DNA of 57,238 bases, counting the filler, from Sphacelaria rigidula (Eukaryota): assembly GCA_964200075.2 (NCBI GenBank). It is 7 parts of 7 records of this genome, joined end to end, with 100 filler letters (N's around TTAATTAATTAA, not from the genome) between each part and the next. Parts side by side here need not be neighbours in the genome. Positions count along the whole stretch, not along the records: positions 24,575 to 32,665 come from CAXNAA020012334.1; positions 32,766 to 40,856 come from CAXNAA020012335.1; 5 more parts are not named here. One strand, written 5' to 3'. The first letter of the stretch is position 1. Every line of letters starts with the position of its first letter. Below are positions 24,575 through 35,361 of this stretch, one piece after another. The translations under genes were made by a program, and so were the position numbers. The notes below the pieces were generated by a model, which saw only the letters and a program-made list of their open reading frames with translations, had not been told where the DNA came from and searched no databases.

Positions 24575-25374
24575 CTTCCCCTCCCCCCCCCCTCCCAGCG
24601 CGTCTCCTCCCCCTCCCCCCCCCCCTCCCTCCCCCCCTGTTTGTCCGCTTTTTTTTTTTTACCCTTATTTTTTTTCACTTTTTTTGTTGCGCTGCCACCG
24701 CCGCTGCCGCCCCCGACATCGGCCCCGGCTTCCCCATCTCCCCTCTTCCTCTTCTTCTTTTTCTTCTTTTTGGTTCCGTCTTCTGCGCTCTTACCGCCTT
24801 TAGATCCTTTTTTCTTCTTCTTTTTTTCGCTGCCCCCCCCTCCTGGGCTATTCGCCTTTGCCTTACCCTTGCCCTTGCTCAGCCTGTTGAGCGTCTTACC
24901 ACCAGCATCTCCGTCATCACTATCCGCGAACGGATCGTCGTCATCATCGTCAACACCACCTGCCTTGCCCCCGGTACCCTTGGCGGAATCATCAGAATCA
25001 CTCCCGAACAGGTCATCGTCCACCACTCCACTAGCTTGCCGTGAGGAGGGGGCGCCCCCTCCCCCCCCCTCGCCATCACCATCATCCTCGCTATCGCTCA
25101 ACCCTGTCCCACTCAACCCACCGACTGCCCCGCCGTCCCCACCACCATCATCAGAATCTGCCAAGGGATCATCATCGCCTCCAGAGGCTGCTGAAGTACC
25201 ACCGGCGGTTGCTGGCGCTGCGTTGTCTGAATCGGAGTCATCTAAGCCGAGGTCGGCATCGTTATCGTTTCCATCGTCCTGTCTGTTGGCGGCAGAGGCA
25301 GCCGCTGCAGCAGCAAGTCCGGAGTCGAACTCGTCATCCGACGAACCGAACATGTCGTCAATTGCTGTCGACAT
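24575..25374 (-). CDS. N-terminal part of an acidic, Lys-rich nuclear protein (IWS1/SPN1- or LEO1-like low-complexity N-terminus); truncated by scaffold end
   Basis: ATG at 25374; repeated DDMFGSSDDE / DDLFGSDSDD / DPFADSDD motifs, then poly-Lys NLS-like tracts; no diagnostic folded domain in the window. Confidence 0.7.
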
Positions 25375-25959
25375 GGTCAGCTTATTCTATTGTCAAGATG
25401 CTGCTCAGCACCGTTTGTGAATCTTAATTGAACAAATATGGTTTGAAACTCACCCCCCCTCTGAAGAGCAAACTCCTCTTGCCTGTTTACTAATGCTGGG
25501 CGCCGCTGAGAGAGGCAGCACTTCAGCTCCGAGCTGCCTTCCCGTGTACTTCACAGCGTGTGCCAACCGAGGAGCGGTGAAATAGTTGCCTCCTTGGGCG
25601 CAGTTGGTTTCGCACCCCAAGGATTACTTTCTGAAATCTAATACGACCACACCGATAGGTTATCTATGGATAGTTGCTGGTCCCAAGCAGTGCCCTGGAA
25701 GACTAGATTGAGATAGACCAGGTAGTGGAGAGGGTGGGTATGTAGCGTTTGAAGCCCGGCGAAGGGTAAGGATGCGGTACAGGGATTCATTATCTATTAA
25801 ATATCTCATATGCTGTCGGTCATGTTAGCTTTGCGAAATAATAGATAATGGCAAGTATTTCGCGCACGACTTTACTTTCTGCGAGAGGTACTCTGCTGTG
25901 GTATCTCAATCGGCTGTTGGTTGGTAAGTGCAAAGTAAAGCACGGGTAGAATCTGAATC

Positions 25960-26067
25960 ATGGCGACACCAGCAAGACTATGGAGCTTCAACCTCACGAC
26001 GGCACCTGGCGAAGCATCCAGAAATTTAGCCAAACCCTTAGGATTCAATCCACAAGCGGCAATCGAG
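25960..26067 (+). CDS. EMC4: ER membrane protein complex subunit 4, exon 1
   Basis: ATG at 25960; MATPARLWSFNLTTAPGEASRNLAKPLGFNPQAAIE; donor GAG|GTgaga, phase 0. Confidence 0.8.
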
Positions 26068-26859
26068 GTGAGAGGTGCAAACGCAAGCAAAGTTCCTCCT
26101 AGTTCAGTAGGAGCCGGCGTACAGTAGGAAACACACGTTGTTGCCTTCAGGTGTTCTGTGCGTGCTGCGCCGTGACGTCGAGCGGTTCGATCCCAAGTGC
26201 TGAACCCGTGTGTTGCGGAAAGGAAAGCTAACGATGGTATGGAGCTGGCGATCGCTCGATCTGGTTGCATCATGTTGTTCGTGCTGCATCGTATTTAGAG
26301 AAATATACATAGCACAGCACGTTTTTTTGTTTTCTTGCTCTGCGCGCACTACACGAACCAATGACAACAATACAACAATGTGAACGCGTAAAGCGGCGTC
26401 CTTGTTGTAATATGCCCTGACAGAACCAGTTGTGCGCCAGTGTTGTACCTGTAGACAGCTACAACTCATCACAAAATTGTTGTTACCTGAAGTGTACTCA
26501 CGCGGTCAGAGTAGTAAGCCTGTAGACGAGCGTTCAACCTTCAGGGACGGACGTTTTAGTAGGAAAGGGAGAGGCGACCGTTCTGCGGGAAGTTCAGTAT
26601 CGCACAGGCGAATGTGGAGCTCGAATCTGCCACGTCCCTGACATTCGATCGCGAGTGCTGCGAGCGACCAACGGGTCGTCTCAATTTCTTGATGCCGTAT
26701 CTCATCAGGACCAAGAAATCATTTACCACAATCACGTCATCTAATCTGACTTGTTCCATCCAGAAGTACCAGTTTGAGTTTCCTCGAAAAAATTCCGTGC
26801 AGCAAGGGGCCCCATGATTTCAAAAGCAGGATGTGAATCAATCATCTCTTTAACCGATC

Positions 26860-27203
26860 GCCCCGGTGGCTCAGTTGGTAACCTCGAAACCTTTTGCCGA
26901 TTGGGTGGTGGGTTCGAGTCTGGGTGCCGTCATGCTATCTGGGATGTTCCTCACGCCTTGCCCAACAGTGGAGAGCGATTATGTCGTGGGTACACAAAAT
27001 AATTTTGACTTCACAGTCGACGAGGGAAAACCCCTCTTGCCATGAAAAAGAGAGCAAGCACCGCGAAAGGAAGATGGAGAGCTTAAACAAACAAAAAACC
27101 CCTCTTGTGTTGGCCTTTCTCCTGTGTGACCGCGGCTGGATCGCCCACATTTGATCGAAGAGGGGTAAACCGGCGTCCAGAATAGGTGAAATGACACCAC
27201 AAC
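26860..27203 (+). mobile_element. tRNA-derived SINE in EMC4 intron 1
   Basis: A box TGGCTCAGTTGG (26867-26878), B box GGTTCGAGTC (26911-26920); body CCCAACAGTGGAGAGCG...GTCGACG and tail shared with four other copies. Confidence 0.8.
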
Positions 27204-27312
27204 AGTACCACGTACAGAGGTAGAAGAGCGTAAGCACATGATCGTACCACACAGTCTGCCTTCAACCCTGTCACCGACAGACCTGTCTTCAAGCTCAAAG
27301 TCAGAACAGCGG

Positions 27313-27611
27313 AGCGTGCGGTCTACAGAGTCGAAGGCCTTCTGCAGTCGATTAAGCGCTTGTTTAGTGGGACATTGCTCGCCCGTCCCATTTTCCTGTA
27401 GTACCACGAATATCATATCGGTGGTGAATCGTTGGCGCCGGAATCCGCCCTCTTTTCTGGGAAACATTCCTGCCTCCTCGCAGAAACTAACGAGCTTGTT
27501 GGCTACGATTTTGAGGCGATTTCTACCAGCATGTGCCACGAGGGAGATGCCGCTGTAGTCGCCACAAGCGGTGTTTTTTTGTGTGACACTTTGATGTTGG
27601 CGTATTTCCAC
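27313..27611 (-). pseudogene. Non-LTR (LINE, RTE-like) reverse transcriptase fragment
   Basis: CGDYSGISLVAHAG..LKIVANKL..FCEEAG....GFRRQR.TTDMIFVV...LQKAFDSVDR, typical N-terminal LINE RT motifs, degenerate. Confidence 0.9.
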
Positions 27612-28806
27612 TCCTCCGGCACCTCGCTAGATGTTCACGACAAACAACTGCGGTCCACCTGTGGATATGGGTGATATTGGGCCTTGAGTGGTACGCTACC
27701 GAAGCCCGTACGACTCTCCCTAACCTTCACATGACGAGCTGCCAGATAGCCGCGTGACATCCCCGAATGGTTTTGGAAAACGACCACTGCAGGCGTAGAT
27801 GCCGGTAAGCCGGGTGAGTGTCAACTAGAATGTGGCGCGAGTTCCCGTTTCGGCCCATTCGACTGAAGCAACGAATATAGGTATAAGGTTGAGCAGGCGA
27901 GGGTGAGGGTGAGGGTTCCTATTCCTGTATTTTTGTTTCTTTCGCCTGCCTCAGCTGCATCTGCCATGTACAAGTGTCGGCACCATGGTCACAGCCGGCA
28001 CACCTCCATGTATGCCAGTATGCATGCACTGGTTGCCCGATCACCGCTGATGGTGTTCGCCATGCTTCGGCGTGGTGTGCTTCTGGTCATGGTTGCGTAC
28101 GACTTTGCTGTGCCACCCGCCTTGTGCGTGGCATCGTACAACGCATGGCCCAGCGGGTTCAGACCACTCTCCTATCACGAGCACGCGTTCTCTCTTCCAC
28201 CCGACACAAATATTCTGTATCCAACCAAAATATGCTGCCATGTGGTGACTGAGCGCTGTAAGGGTTACCGTTGCAGGACAAGAGGGGGGCGCGTGAGTAG
28301 TGAAGGCGAACCAGGATCCAAATTGTAGTCTACGGAGGAGGGAATGAAGTCATGGTATAGCTTATGCGAGAAGCCTATACTAGCCCCTCCCCCCCTCCCT
28401 ATGCGGGGCGAACACAAGCACATCTCGATTTTATGCTGCGTGCACACAGGCCATACCTTCGTGGAGGCGTTACTCGGTTTCTTTGAGTAGAATCAGTAGA
28501 AGTTGGACCTCGGCCTGGGTTTTCTTGAATATCGGTAGGGTTTGAAGAAGGATGGGGTGCTTCGCCTGCACTTAAAGCCCGCTCTACAACTGCTGTAGCA
28601 AGCAAGATGAAGAGGCGATAATAGTCTATCAGCGATTGATTGCATCACAATATGGTTCCCCTCAATTCCCCATGACTAGATTGAACTGGGATTGCCATTG
28701 AATGATGGTCAACAGCTGCGATCTAGGTTTCCCTGGTGTGCTACTATTGTGAAGGCTTATGATCGAAACTGTGCGTGAACGTCTTTCCGATATGGATCCC
28801 GAACAG

Positions 28807-28860
28807 GATGACGACGCGGGCGGACCAAGCGCGTTGGCGCAGGCCGAGTTGAAACGGAAG
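28807..28860 (+). CDS. EMC4: ER membrane protein complex subunit 4, exon 2 (54 bp)
   Basis: gaacAG|GAT...AAG|GTgagc; DDDAGGPSALAQAELKRK; phase 0/0, joins to RAMEIA of exon 3. Confidence 0.8.
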
Positions 28861-29367
28861 GTGAGCTGACTGCCAGGGCGCTAGGCTTCAAATTGACCGT
28901 GTAGTCTACACTATTGATTCGGTAGCACTCGTGCTGTCTGCATGCTGTGCGAACTGTTGAACGTACGCCCACACTGGATCCCATTACGTAGCGTACAGGT
29001 CGACGGTAATACGGGAGTGGCCACTTGCACGCTGTAGCACCCCGTTGAACGAGTGACAGCTCCACGAAGCTATACAGGTCAACACTATCTCCGCTCTCTC
29101 TACTGCGGTGTTCAACGGGGTGTTAAAGTGCAGAAAATGTGCAGCTATCTCTTTGTAATGCCAAAAAAACGTGTCTCCGATGCCAAAATTCCATTGTTTG
29201 TCCGATGAACGCTTCCACTGTTGGCTCCCTTGTGCAGTGTACTACGTACTGCACGTAAACCGTTGACACACGTTCACATTTTCGACACGCCTTTATTCTG
29301 ACTTATCACTTAATATTCCTTGATGGACGTCCTTCCCACTTTCGCTCGTTTTTATTGACATGCGAAG

Positions 29368-29521
29368 AGGGCGATGGAGATCGCTTTAGGGCCTGGAAAA
29401 TCAGTGATGATGAACGCGTTTATGATGTACATGTCCGGGGCTGGTATTCACATCTTCAGCATCATGATAACATTTATGGGAATCTTGACTCCATCCAAGG
29501 CTATACTGAACGTTCACGGAG
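29368..29521 (+). CDS. EMC4: ER membrane protein complex subunit 4, exon 3
   Basis: RAMEIALGPGKSVMMNAFMMYMSGAGIHIFSIMITFMGILTPSKAILNVHG, the hallmark EMC4/TMEM85 motif; donor G|GTacgt. Confidence 0.93.
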
Positions 29522-30185
29522 GTACGTGCAATGTGGTCACCAGGATCACATAAATATCTGACTGGTTAAGTTAGCGTATGGTAAGGTGATCACTTCCGGG
29601 TTCGCACCAGAAGAATGATGATGAGTCACATTTGCGTGGGTGATTGTCATGTACCTTAACACTCATGAGTTCCCGCGCTGCTGATGCTCCGGAGACATAT
29701 GTAAGTATGTCCACATCTCAAGAGTCCCCATGGGCTGTCTGTGTGTCAACGCGGATACCGAATTTTGTGAAACTTATTTTGTATTTGATGTATCCTGGCG
29801 ACCCTTATTCCTAGAAAGAAGGGCTGCGCGCTCGCTTGCAACTCGTCCCGCCTGGAGCAGTCTGACCGCATGGCCCCCTGATCGCTGGTCGCTGGACACA
29901 ACCATGTTCCGGGCATCTGAAGGGTGTATCGAATTTAAAACCCAACCTACCCCTTGAACCTTAACCGTAGCCCCGCTTCACCCTTTGCGCAGCTTTTCAA
30001 ACGGTTGCATTCAAGCGTTCTTCATGGTTGAGCAGGTGAAAATGTGGTGTAATTTGACAAATATACACGAGTGGTCTCCGGCATCGCTGTCCCCAAAATC
30101 CAATCTGTGAACCGTGAACTCCATCACCATGTACCGTTGTCTGTGCTCTCTTCTTCGCTGTGGTTTATTCGTTTCTTCTTTCCAG

Positions 30186-30385
30186 TATTCCGCAGTGTCG
30201 ACGACGGGAAGGTCGCGTTGCTCTTACCCAAGCTGATTTTTGCAGGTCTCAATTTCGTGGGGGTGTGCGTAGGATTGTGGAAAATGGCCAAGATGGGACT
30301 GCTGCCAGTAACAGCCGCCGATTGGACGTCCTACCTGGTACCCAAGTACCCTGTCGAGCATTCAGGAATACCGTTGAATTTATGA
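30186..30385 (+). CDS. EMC4: ER membrane protein complex subunit 4, exon 4 (terminal); spliced CDS 516 bp, 171 aa
   Basis: tttccAG acceptor; (V)FRSVDDGKVALLLPKLIF...GLWKMAKMGLLPVTAADW...*; phase matches exon 3. Confidence 0.93.
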
Positions 30386-31202
30386 TGGGTACGTGAGGGG
30401 ACGGATACCGTAAGAGTAGGGCAATGGCAAGGTGTTTGCTTGTGAATAGTTTCATATTGAGAAGCGTAAGGTGGGTGGGTACATGGCAGTCTCCACAGTT
30501 GTGTTCGGGCGCACAGGGCTTTGGTGGGATGGCGCAGCTGGGGATGTCGCTACCGAGGATTTTTACTCGTGGTCAACAACGTGAAAGAACTGCGTAACAC
30601 CGGACAGACTCGAATGCCGACATATTCTCAGTCAAAATAGTGGATGAAGACATCGAAATGCCGCAGACTTGCGAGCTTTTCAACGGACATATCAGATCAT
30701 TGATCCAGTCGACGCACCTTACGAACACTAGCTGGCAGGGAAAACAACGAGCTCTGGTACCGGGTATATGGCAACGCATCGATTTACTCTATCAACTTTC
30801 GAAGATATTTGTGACTTGAGCTCCCAGCGCATGCTCGCAATCTACGATTTTTTTCGAGCGCCGATCATAACATTTTGCTCAAGTTTTATTGCCGCAACTA
30901 CAGTTGCGATTGTGCTGAAGTGAGCAGGCATGGGACCTTAGATCCGACTTGAACTAGTTTTTATGGTGACAAATCTAGATTCTGTGGAGACCCCAACCTA
31001 TGCGAAATTGGAGGACTCATATTTGCGAAAGTCAGATCCGTGAGGACACTTGTTGAGTCCCACAAATTCGTGAAACACGCTTAGTTCTGTACATTGACGG
31101 TCATTTTCTTCATGGGCGAGGTATCGGGTACTAGTGAAACCAAAGAGTCGGCAGGCAATAAATCGTAAATCGATTACAGTGCAGTACACTCCATCATGAT
31201 GT

Positions 31203-31765
31203 GAGTGTTGCCGTCCCATCTCTTCTGGACGCCGGTCTAAACCTTTCGGTATATGTGGGCGCACCAGCCGGGGTGGGTCCCAGCCGGGGACTGCTGCCGA
31301 GATAGCCCCCCCCCGAAACCGGCCAAAAACGTGCACGGAGGCGATGATCATAACTGCCGTCAAAGCTGGTTTCGTGCTGCACGACGCGACTGATTTGGGC
31401 GTGATAGCTGATTTCGGACTGCTGCACGCCTCTCATGTGGGTGAAATTGCTGCAATCGAGCCCAATTATTGGGATTGCAGCCGGTTCGTTGGATGGTGCC
31501 GGTGCACTTTTTGTGGGAGGGCTATCTCGGCATTAGTCCAGGGTGGGTCAACACAGGAGCTTTTTCATTTTTTTGTTTTGTTTTCAATAACCCACCTTCC
31601 TTCTGCGATGCTTGCCTTTATATTTTATCGCGAGAGGGGTTCAGCAGTCCCTTTTCCCCGTCGACCGTTCAGTCGAATTTTGTGTACCCACGACATAGCC
31701 GCTCTCCACTGTTGGGCATATAGTGAGGAAAATTCCCAGATCGCTCCGAGATTCGAACCCACAGA
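31203..31765 (-). mobile_element. SINE copy (same family as 26860) split by a MITE insertion
   Basis: B box reverse complement GATTCGAACC at 31750-31759, body 31545-31745, tail 31203-31275. Confidence 0.75.
31288..31539 (-). mobile_element. MITE, sister subfamily of family A, nested in a SINE
   Basis: TIR GGACTGCTGCCGAGATAGCCC ... GGGCTATCTCGGCATTAGTCC; interior weakly similar to family A. Confidence 0.75.
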
Positions 31766-32048
31766 CGGTACACGATAATACCTTGTGGTAATACATGACA
31801 ACACAATCGGTATTGCGACAACATTGAACAGAAGTGCAGTGCCGTACGTAACCCTGCAAGTACAGCGACAACGGTAAGTAGCACGACACAGTACCGGTCG
31901 TCATGGTGATACATACGGCAGCGCAGGGCAGCGTAGTGTACCATCGCGGCAGGGTACGGCATCAACACTTCTCATCTGCTTGCTATACTCCTGGCGAAGT
32001 TGCTCCAGCAGCTGACGGGGGTAAGCATGGGCTCTGCTGTCACGAGAA

Positions 32049-32349
32049 ACAACGTTTTCGTGAGACTGAGAGGAGAGCGCTGATTGAGAGTGGCTTCGAT
32101 CATTCGTTTAACTTGGCCGATTTTTCATTCCGTGGGTGCTTTTCTTTGCCTCCATCACTGGCGTGTGCTTCCAGCTACACGTCGATATCCTACTCGAGGA
32201 TATCAAGGGCCTCACTCAGTGGCAATCTACTACAGAAAGCATATCGGGGCCCTTGCAGGGGCATTTCGGAACTGAAACGATTCATTCACTAATTGAGCGC
32301 TTTCCATTCTCAATCGTATCCTCGACTCTCAATGTCACGAAAACATTAT
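32049..32349 (+). mobile_element. MITE family B (~300 bp), copy 1
   Basis: TIR ACAACGTTTTCGTGAGA(T/C)TGAGAG ... CTCTCAAT(G/C)TCACGAAAAC; internal CAGCTACACGTCGATATCCTAC shared with 46931 and 51052. Confidence 0.85.
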
Positions 32350-32665
32350 TGAGACTGTGTGCTGCTGTGGTTGCAAAAACACCAAACATCTCTTGCCCTA
32401 TCATCGTACGTCACTATACGTACGTCATGATCCTGCAGATTGGGGGAACCTAATCGTTCTCAATTCGTGACATCTCGATTGGAGTCTCCCAGGTATGGCC
32501 CATATTGAGGTCCATAGAATGCGTTTCCCGATCTGAGGTCCGTCGATCTGCGTACAGATCATTATTTGTTGACTGCCACATAGATCACTGTAGTCTTGCA
32601 CTAAGGCCGCTTCTTATAATAGACAAAAATAAAAACCCGGAAAAATGTGTTTTTTGGAGCTTTTA

Positions 32666-32765
32666 NNNNNNNNNNNNNNNNNNNNNNNNNNNNNNNNNNN
32701 NNNNNNNNNTTAATTAATTAANNNNNNNNNNNNNNNNNNNNNNNNNNNNNNNNNNNNNNNNNNNN
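32666..32765. other. Artificial scaffold-joining spacer
   Basis: 44N + TTAATTAATTAA + 44N. Confidence 0.98.
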
Positions 32766-33467
32766 TGCATATAAGTAGAGCCCCCCCCCCCCCCCCGTTG
32801 TAACATGACTCACAGAACGAAATAAATATGTAACCGTTCGGAGGTAGTCCAAGGAACACTCGGACAATGTCTCGTCACGTAACTCGAGAACATTATTCAT
32901 GAGCCATTTCTTCCGCGAAATTCCACTTCAAATCGTCGTTGAAGGCAGCAACGCTTGTTCAAACGCGCTTGTTACCAATAAGTAGCGCTCATTCATACCG
33001 ATTAACACCGTTTCCGCCCTATTACCAGCTCCCCGCGAGTGTGTTCGGTCATCTGACACACCTGTGAGCCTTTTTTTTCGTGGAAGCAACCCCCCCCCCC
33101 CCCCCCCCCCCCCCCCCAAGAGAGGCGAGNNNNNNNNNNAAAGGGATGCGTGGTCAATGGTCAAACGACTAAGGCAAGCAACAAATGAGTACGCCCCCCG
33201 CCCCCCCTATTGTAGCATTGCTCGTAATACAGTAGTTTTTCAATATGTTCCGTTTGTTTTTCTCGGTCGATGCCGAGTTCACTCGCGGTCGTCGTGAATC
33301 TGATTTTGTTGGACAACCTCCAATACTGGACGAGATATCGACAGTTCCCTTATCTTAAAGCTTATAGTACCGCCCGTGGTATTATTGTAGATACAGATAC
33401 ACGGGTGGGGTGCGCAAGTGACATACTATACGGCGAGCTTCTTTAGTGTGCATCGCCAACTTACAAT

Positions 33468-33620
33468 AGTCGACGAGGGGCAGGGACTGCTGGAATCCTC
33501 TCGCGATAAAAAAGAAAGGCAAGCGCCGCAGAAGGAAGGTGGAGAACACAGTAAAGCAAAGAAGAAGAAAAGGCCTCCCTTCTGTGTGGCCCCGGCTGAT
33601 GTGCACACATATACCGAAGC
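33468..33620 (+). mobile_element. SINE 3' fragment
   Basis: AGTCGACGAGGGG...CCCCGGCTGATGTGCACACATATACCGAA matches the SINE family. Confidence 0.7.
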
Positions 33621-33717
33621 CAGCGGGGCGGAGCTGTGGAATGCGATGAACGCGTGTCCGAAAATTGAAAACACGCGAGCATGTTCATCAACAAAAAAAA
33701 CATTATTTTTTACGTAC

Positions 33718-33877
33718 CACACATCTCGTCATCTTGCCCACCGTTGCACCTCATACCGCAGGTGCTCTTCCCGTTAATCATGTAACTCTGAACGTCCTCC
33801 CAACCGCAAAAGCACGAGGAGCCGTACTGCAAACCCATCACTGGGGCTCCCTCTTCGCTGCAGACCTCGAAACATTT
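33718..33877 (-). CDS. Secreted WSC-domain protein, exon 3 (C-terminal half of the WSC domain); downstream exons not identified
   Basis: tgtgcAG|KCFEVCSEEGAPVMGLQYGSSCFCG...STCGMRCNGGQDDEMC(G)|GTacgt, the WSC cysteine pattern. Confidence 0.88.
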
Positions 33878-34347
33878 CTGCACAGGAAGAATTCGACGAC
33901 GCATGGAACACGCAACATTCAAAGAGCGAACGAACACAGGCGTCGACATCATGGATGCTTCTGCCTACGTGAAAAAATATATACTCGTAATCACATACAA
34001 CTTTACAGTGAGTTTGCTCAGCAGCAACACAACCCCGTGCGTATTTCTATGAAGATTGTATGCAGCAAACTATGACCTATGTAATAAAGTGCAGGCAGAC
34101 GATCATGTAGAACGAAGCGCCCTTGCAACACACGATCCATGATCAACGTCCAAATAATCAAATAATCAAGGCCACACCCATGAAACACGGAATCAATCCA
34201 TGAATTGATCGCCCGCATGAGCACATAAATATAGGGGTTGCGAGTTGATTTTTTCCGCGTAGGATAAGCTGCTGGATATAATACCACTCGTCACTACACC
34301 CAAACCCACGCCACAAGGTGATGGAGCCCAGAACTAAGACGGCTAAC

Positions 34348-34527
34348 CTGGGTGGACATATCTGCGGAGAGGAAGATGGTATTTTTAATCTCGTGAACTT
34401 CCGAGCTGTCCGCAAAGCATCCCTCGTAGGTATAGTTAGTCAAACTTTCAACATTCATCATTGTGTCGTCGTCGCCACCACTGTCGTCGCTGCTCGATCC
34501 ATAGTCATCATGGTCATCGCCGTAGAG
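34348..34527 (-). CDS. Secreted WSC-domain protein, exon 2
   Basis: gtgacAG|LYGDDHDDYGSSSDDSGGDDDTMMNVESLTNYTYEGCFADSSEVHEIKNTIFLSADMSTQ|GTtagc; YTYEGCF.D is the WSC start; phase 0/0. Confidence 0.85.
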
Positions 34528-35256
34528 CTGTCACAAATTTCGGGCACATTCGTTACAGTAAAAAGTGGAACATCTAGATCAGAGCGAGATAAGTGCTTGG
34601 CTCGGTGACGACCAAAACAAAAAGCGGGTTGCAAGATACAAAGAAAACTTTGTCGAGAGAGGTACAGAGGTGCGCCCTGTGCGCTGTGGGGATAGGCGTA
34701 AGGGCAGGGAGTCACAAAAATGTCGTTCGTTGGGAAGAACCGTAAGTGATCGGAGATGACGGTTCATACAGAAAACAATGGCACACATTCGGTCAACTCT
34801 TTCAAGGGTGTGTTGGATACGGCATTTCCCACATTTGAACTTTCTGATATCGTACCCCCCTAGCACCGAATATGTGGGGAGAGTATTGAGCTCATTCTCA
34901 GCAGTACCCAGATATTGGGTAAAGTAATGTAGTCCTATCTAACTCCACCCAACGTCTCGGCAGGATTTGGAAATCGGATCATCGCAGAAAAAAAATCGGG
35001 GGAGTGTAAACACCCGGGTATGAACCCTACCCAACACAACCTTCAACTCTTTGACCGCGAGCATAAGTTATCTCTGCTGAAAATCAGTATCAGTTCTACT
35101 TGAAAAATGAAAGCGTTGCCGAATGACCCGAGCTCACAGTCCAAGGATTGAAGGCCGTGCGTGCGAAAGCGGGTGTGCTGAGGGGATGATAATTGCTCAC
35201 GTAGATGTAACTCGGCAATACTTGAGTTCTCAGCCCATCATTACGACGGTACGAAC

Positions 35257-35361
35257 CCGTCTTGTGAAGACCTTCGTGGTTCCCGTAGCTTCTGATAGCA
35301 GCTTCGCCTGCACCGCTGGTGCCGCCACGGCTAGGAAAGCGACGACAGTGTGAGTGCGCAT
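35257..35361 (-). CDS. Secreted WSC-domain protein, exon 1 with signal peptide
   Basis: MRTHTVVAFLAVAAPAVQA-KLLSEATGTTKVFTRR|GTtcgt; hydrophobic core and V-Q-A cleavage site; phase 0. Confidence 0.72.

Noticed and set aside
24641-25427. 259-aa and 128-aa + strand ORFs rich in Ser/Pro/Phe or His/Arg
   Set aside because: Antisense shadows of the acidic low-complexity minus-strand CDS
25872-26273. 133-aa minus-strand ORF with hydrophobic segments
   Set aside because: Overlaps EMC4 exon 1 on the opposite strand, which has a proper ATG, donor and family-consistent sequence
26860-26930. tRNA gene
   Set aside because: A and B boxes are present but there is no convincing cloverleaf or acceptor stem, and it continues into a multi-copy SINE body
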